Shown: positions 58,798-64,000 of the stretch, one piece after another
Numbering within the stretch: position 1 is the first letter of the stretch
Layout of the letters: each line of letters opens with the position of its first letter
Assembly: GCA_002269645.1 (NCBI GenBank)
Contig: NIVC01001568.1
Span: forward strand, 124,001 to 188,000
Length of the DNA stretch: 64,000 nt
From: Macrostomum lignano
Taxonomy: Eukaryota
Direction: 5' to 3'
Translations under genes and position numbers: made by a program
The notes under the pieces: generated by a model
Seen by the model: the letters and a program-made list of their open reading frames with translations, nothing else
What the model was told of the DNA's origin: nothing
The model's database searches: none

Positions 58798-59313
58798 GAA
58801 AGACGGTGTAAGACTCAGCTTCTATCTTTAACGCTGCATGGCTTTTGATGAAGCATTGATGAACTATTCTGCTATTGACGTATTGTTTATAAATGTACTT
58901 TTGTTAAGCTGGCTAGCATGTACTGTTACTTCGATAAATTTATCTTTTTCTACGCTTAGTAAAAAATGCCATAGACGAAAAAATCGCGAGCACACATTGA
59001 CGATTCCGTGGGCCGTGCGGATTTGTTGGGATTTTGCCCCATAGACGTTTTGCCTCAGTGAATCTGGGAGAAAAAGGGCAGGGTAAAAATGGGGGTTCTA
59101 ACCATAGACAAATTGTCATTCAGTTTCACGTCAACCGAAGAAGCATCGAAGTTAGAATCCAGAGAACAGTTCCTAATTCTTAGGAGGGTGAGCGAAGAGG
59201 ATCTCTGATTAGAAAAGCATACTAAGAAGCCTTCTTTAGTTCAATAAAGTATAGTCTCTAAAAACCATGATTAACTATAGTGGCACACTCGAAGAGGACT
59301 GTCAACCGAGGAG

Positions 59314-60201
59314 TTGCACTTTGTCACTCATCAATCCGCTAGGCGTCAACGGGATTCGGCTATCTCGAAATACGACGGACTTCCGATGCTAGACTCAATG
59401 GGCATCGACCAGTTCTTGTCGGAGATGGAGGAATTTCCCGAATTAGACGAGACCGACTTGCTGGAGACTGACCGATTGGAGACTGGGAGACTGGGAAGCA
59501 GACAGAGCTTTACGCCGGAAGGTGATGAATGATTTTCCGGGCCGATAATTATAATTATTATTAACCGCCCGGAATTTGCGGGCAGTTATTGCAGTTTAAA
59601 CTATAGACATATTTGCTTCACTTAATATTTCGCCAATGTGTCCGTTCGAGTCAGCGGGCCTTAATGGAGTCTATGGCATTATCGGGCACAGTTATTGGCC
59701 CGCTGGGCAGAAAGGTCATGGTAAAATTTACGATCCCGTTTGGCCATATTAACATTGTACATTTTTTAACCATAGAGAAATGTTGATTTGATGCCGTTCA
59801 CAAAAACGACTGTGTTGGGTATTTAAGAGCGAGTAGTTGTCTCTATCTCTACTAAACCTTTTCTGTGACATTTTCGAGTTATTTTCTTTGAATCACTTAG
59901 TCTTGCTGAAGTCGAAGCTGTCTTGAGTAAATTGCCATTGGCACCCGCAACCGACTATCCTAGTTTGAGCAAGCGCGATCTCAACTACGTTCTTAAGTGT
60001 TTTATCTTAGAGATCCGTGGTGATCGCTATGGCGCTTCTAAGTTGAAGGGTTATTTTCAGCATGCTTCAATACTACTTGTTCAACCAATGCGGAAAGCCA
60101 CTGAGCCTCTGGAAGGACGGGGAATTCAACGAGATTCGACGTCCAAAGAGAAACTCAGGTCTGAAGGTGTGACTGGTAGTGATGTCCACGACAACTGGTG
60201 A
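59314..60201 (+). pseudogene. Second, more decayed Crypton-like fragment
   Basis: DGLPMLDSMGIDQFLSEM parallels SGLPILDLNDVETFLAEL of 58405; LNYVLKCFILEIR..Y matches the same family motif. Confidence 0.45.
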
Positions 60202-61439
60202 GTTCTGTGATTTGGGGGGGGGGGGGTCAATGTGGAGTTGTGCGGGGTGATTGTCTATTTTGATTGAGTTGATTTGTTACGACCCATTGACTCACTTTTA
60301 ACTGTCAAGCCAAAAAACTGGTTAACAACTGCTCACTTTTCTAAAACAGTATAATCTGTTGCCCTCTACCCTCCCCCCCCCCCTTAAAAATTTAATTTAT
60401 TTTTTGACATTGCTACTATGGTTTACCATACTAACAACGCTTCAGTCAAAGATTGATTGTTTAACGATGATTGAAAATTTTGCCATAGACAATCTATTTT
60501 ATATGTATTGTACTAAACGTTCAATGCATGAAAAACATTAGGAATAGAAAATCATAGGAAAGCTACGCATTTTAACACATGCGCTAACAAATACATGGAT
60601 GAACAAAACAAAAAGCATAGATAAACTAAATACGCATTTTAACACAAACTTGCGTTAAAAAATTGAGCGTGGAAAAACGTAGAATACGCATTTTTACATA
60701 CATTTAAACAAATTGAGAGCATAGGAAAACGTAGAATAAGCACTTTACACACACATGTCACCAAATTGAGCACAGAGAAACAGAATACGCATTAAATTTC
60801 TTCAACGAGAAGTAATAGTAGCGCAGAAACTCGCTTAGCATAGCCTCGGACATTGCCACGGGAGACAGTTCCGTTTGTCTACTTAAAAAATCCACAAATG
60901 CTTTACCATGTTGGAACATCTGTTCTCGCGTAGTTTTAGGAAGCGAATCGATTTCAATGCGATCCAGGTCGCCAACCGTCAGAGGAGCGTCATCTGATAT
61001 ATCCGGTAGGGGTAGGATCTTCTAAGAAACGGATGAACTCCGCTAGGTCAGCGTCGCCAGCGTGGTCGGTTGCACTCAGCAGAGAAAGGAAATCCATTTC
61101 GCTTGAAGACACTCCGTTAAGAGAATCAGCAGGCAGATTTTTCCAATTTATTAGATGCGTTTTAGTGGTTGATGTTAAAGCAAGCAAGCTTATATCAAGC
61201 CACAGTCCCCTGCATTTCTCTACTCTATACTCACTCGATAGTCTATGGCACAGTTGGAATCGCTCCATAGCGCTTCCTATGGCAGTGTCGATGTCGTTGT
61301 CGATGTCTATGGCCAAAACCTGCGCAGTCTAGGACGTTTCTGATTCGCTGAGACATCGTTAAACAATCGGCGTTAAAAAACGCTTCAGCGTTAAACAATG
61401 CTTCTAGTCGAGTATGCTAAACGATAGTGACAATAAGTC

Positions 61440-61518
61440 TATACATACGGTACTAGAGGTAAACAATAAGCAAAGATCATATTTGATCAAAGATCATACC
61501 TCTAGTACCGTATGTATA
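61440..61518. other. Perfect 22-bp inverted repeat with 35-nt loop
   Basis: TATACATACGGTACTAGAGGTA (61440-61461) and TACCTCTAGTACCGTATGTATA (61497-61518). Confidence 0.9.
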
Positions 61519-62539
61519 ATCTCCTATTGTGACTATATGGAAAAATAAAAAATTGAATGACGAATTAACGAGGCGATCCGGCGCGCTGGGTCCTGAAGCG
61601 CCCCCGGCAGACGATGAGCGAAGAGACGATCCGGCAGGCGAGCCCTGAAGGATCGAGCCCCGGCCGAGAATTAGAACCGAGAGAGACCGGAACGCACTGG
61701 GCTTCAGGGTACTCAAACATGTATTTCTTTGAGTACTTTCTTGTGGCTCATTCGTTTGTCTTATTTATTTGGATCGTTTTTTTGGCCGGGACAGATAAAC
61801 GTCTTTTACATTGGACCATAGACTTATTCGGCGCGGCCAAAGGGGGTATAAGTATAAGTTCTTTCCGCCAGAAGATAAGGCGCCTAAGGGGGACAATTTA
61901 AGGACAGCAGCAGAGCCAATCTCCATTCCAGAGACCAGGCAAGTCAATACGGCGGGCGAGGCAGAGCAACGCTTGATAGACGAGGTCAGCACCGATGCAC
62001 GTGAAAATCGGCCAGGGAGCAAAGTTGCGGCTCACCTGATACCCATAACTGAGAGATAAACTGGTGGCCTGACGTGCCAATCGATTGGAAGATGGGCTCT
62101 TGACTGACCTCCACTAACCGCCTGACTCATCCTTGCAAACTAAGTAATAGCAAATAATCTATCACGCCCAGTAGCAACATGTTGATGTAGAATAACTTTA
62201 GAATATTGCTGCGTCTGTCTTGCTAGCTAAGAGGAAATCCACCCCTCCAGCGGCAGGGAGTGACGTGTCTTAACATCTATAAAATAGACACGATCTCGGA
62301 CCACGAGCGAGCACTCTCGCGACTCTAGCTTTATCTCTGGACTCCGTTTAGCAGTCCCACAAACATCTTAATTACTTATCGCTTGCGCTAAAGGCACGAA
62401 AAAGAATCCGGTGCGATCTTGATGGCGAGCCCTCTGAGGCTCGGTTATAAAACTAAGAACAGCAATCCGCCAGACAAACTAACTAACGATGCCGAAGGCC
62501 AAGGAGGGTCTTACATGACCCAAGCCTGGAGATCTAAGC

Positions 62540-63755
62540 CAAAACTAGGAATCTGACCCAAACATGGGGATCGCTGACCCAAACATGGGGATCTCTGACC
62601 CAAACATGGGGATCTGACCCAAACATGGGGATCTGACCCAAACAGGGGATCTCTGACCCAAACATGGGGATCGCTGACAAAAAAACATGGGGATCTCTGA
62701 CTCAACATGGGGATCTGAACCAAACATGGGGATCTCTGACCCAAACAGGGGATCTCTGACCGAAACATGGGGATCTGACCCAAACAGGGGATCTCTGACC
62801 CAAACATGGGGATCGCTGACAAAAAAACATGGGGATCTCTGACCCAAACATGGGGATCTGACCCAAACATGGGGATCTGACCCAAACAGGGGATCTCTGA
62901 CCCAAACATGGGGATCGCTGACAAAAAAACATGGGGATCTCTGACTCAACATGGGGATCTGAACCAAACATGGGGATCTCTGACCCAAACAGGGGATCTC
63001 TGACCGAAACATGGGGATCTGACCCAAACAGGGGATCTCTGACCCAAACATGGGGATCGCTGACAAAAAAACATGGGGATCTCTGACTCAACATGGGGAT
63101 CGCTGACCCAAACATGGGGATCTCTGACCCTAACCTGGGGATCTGACCCAAACCTGGGGATCTCTGACCCAAACATGGGGATCGCAGACCCAAACATGGG
63201 GATCGCTGACCCAAACATGGGGATCTCTGACCCAAACATGGGGATCGCTGACAAAAAAACATGGGGATCTCTGACTCAACATGGGGATCTGACCCAAACA
63301 TGGGGATCTCTGACCCAAACCTGGGGATCTCTGACCCATGCCTGGGGATCTGACCCAAAAATGGGGATCTCTGACCCAAACATGGGGATCTCTGACCCAA
63401 ACATGGGGATCGCTGACCCAAACCTGGGGATTTCTGACCCAAACCTGGGGATCTCTGACCCAAACATGGGGATCGCAGACCCAAACATGGGGATCGCTGA
63501 CCCAAACATGGGGATCTCTGACCCTAACCTGGGGATCTGACCCAAACATGGGGATCTGACCCAAACATGGGGATCGCTGACCCAAACATGGGGATCTCTG
63601 ACCCTAACCTGGGGATCTGACCCAAACATGAGGATCTCTGACCCAAACATGGGGATCTGACCCAAACATGGGGATCGCTGACCCAAACATGGGGATCGCT
63701 GACCCAAACATGGGGATCTGACCCAAAATGGGGATCTCTGACCTAAACTTGGGGA
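62540..63755. repeat. ~20-23-bp minisatellite (CTGACCCAAACATGGGGATCT) with higher-order units
   Basis: About 55 tandem units; explains the RSPCLGQ-type ORFs. Confidence 0.95.
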
Positions 63756-64000
63756 TCCGAGACAAACATAGTGAATATAAGCCGCAAAACAAAAAGGCAT
63801 CAGAACGCGTGATAACAGCAGATATCTTAGCTTGAACTCCAACAAATTTTCCAGGGGCAACTGTACTCGTATGTAAGCAATATGCCGCCAACTAGTCGAA
63901 GAGCTGCTATATTTCTAAATTTCCAGATATGAGCACTGCTTTCAACTGAAAGATAAGCGTCAATGTTTCTGTGAAATTGTATACGAGTATATAAAATCAG

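Overview
Eukaryotic (animal) genomic DNA with GC3-rich spliced exons and introns packed with minisatellites and (AGAC)n. The pattern is reminiscent of the free-living flatworm Macrostomum lignano, but that is inference and not proven. No prokaryotic operons, rRNA or CRISPR. I could assemble several genes by hand with consistent GT-AG sites and intron phases: (1) a 12-exon secreted EGF/laminin-G (pikachurin/agrin-C-terminus-like) gene, 21776->~471 (-); (2) a secreted two-domain C-type lectin; (3) two near-identical WSC+PAN genes plus a relic third copy; (4) a PAN-like+fibrinogen-domain gene with a stop/frameshift; (5) a complete 5-exon GT92 (DUF23) glycosyltransferase; (6) three orphan CDSs. 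Mobile DNA comprises a BEL/Pao LTR element with apparently identical LTRs, TSD and PBS but an in-frame deletion of RNaseH-integrase; a decayed DIRS/Ngaro tyrosine-recombinase retroelement; a solo LTR; an RNaseH-bearing LINE 3' end; two tRNA-derived SINE families; a Tc1 'two-left-ends' fold-back element; MITEs; and a 5-kb patch of Crypton-like ORF remnants studded with a CCATAGAC motif. Most long ORFs in the supplied track are artefacts of tandem repeats. Several 1-nt frameshifts may be long-read errors.
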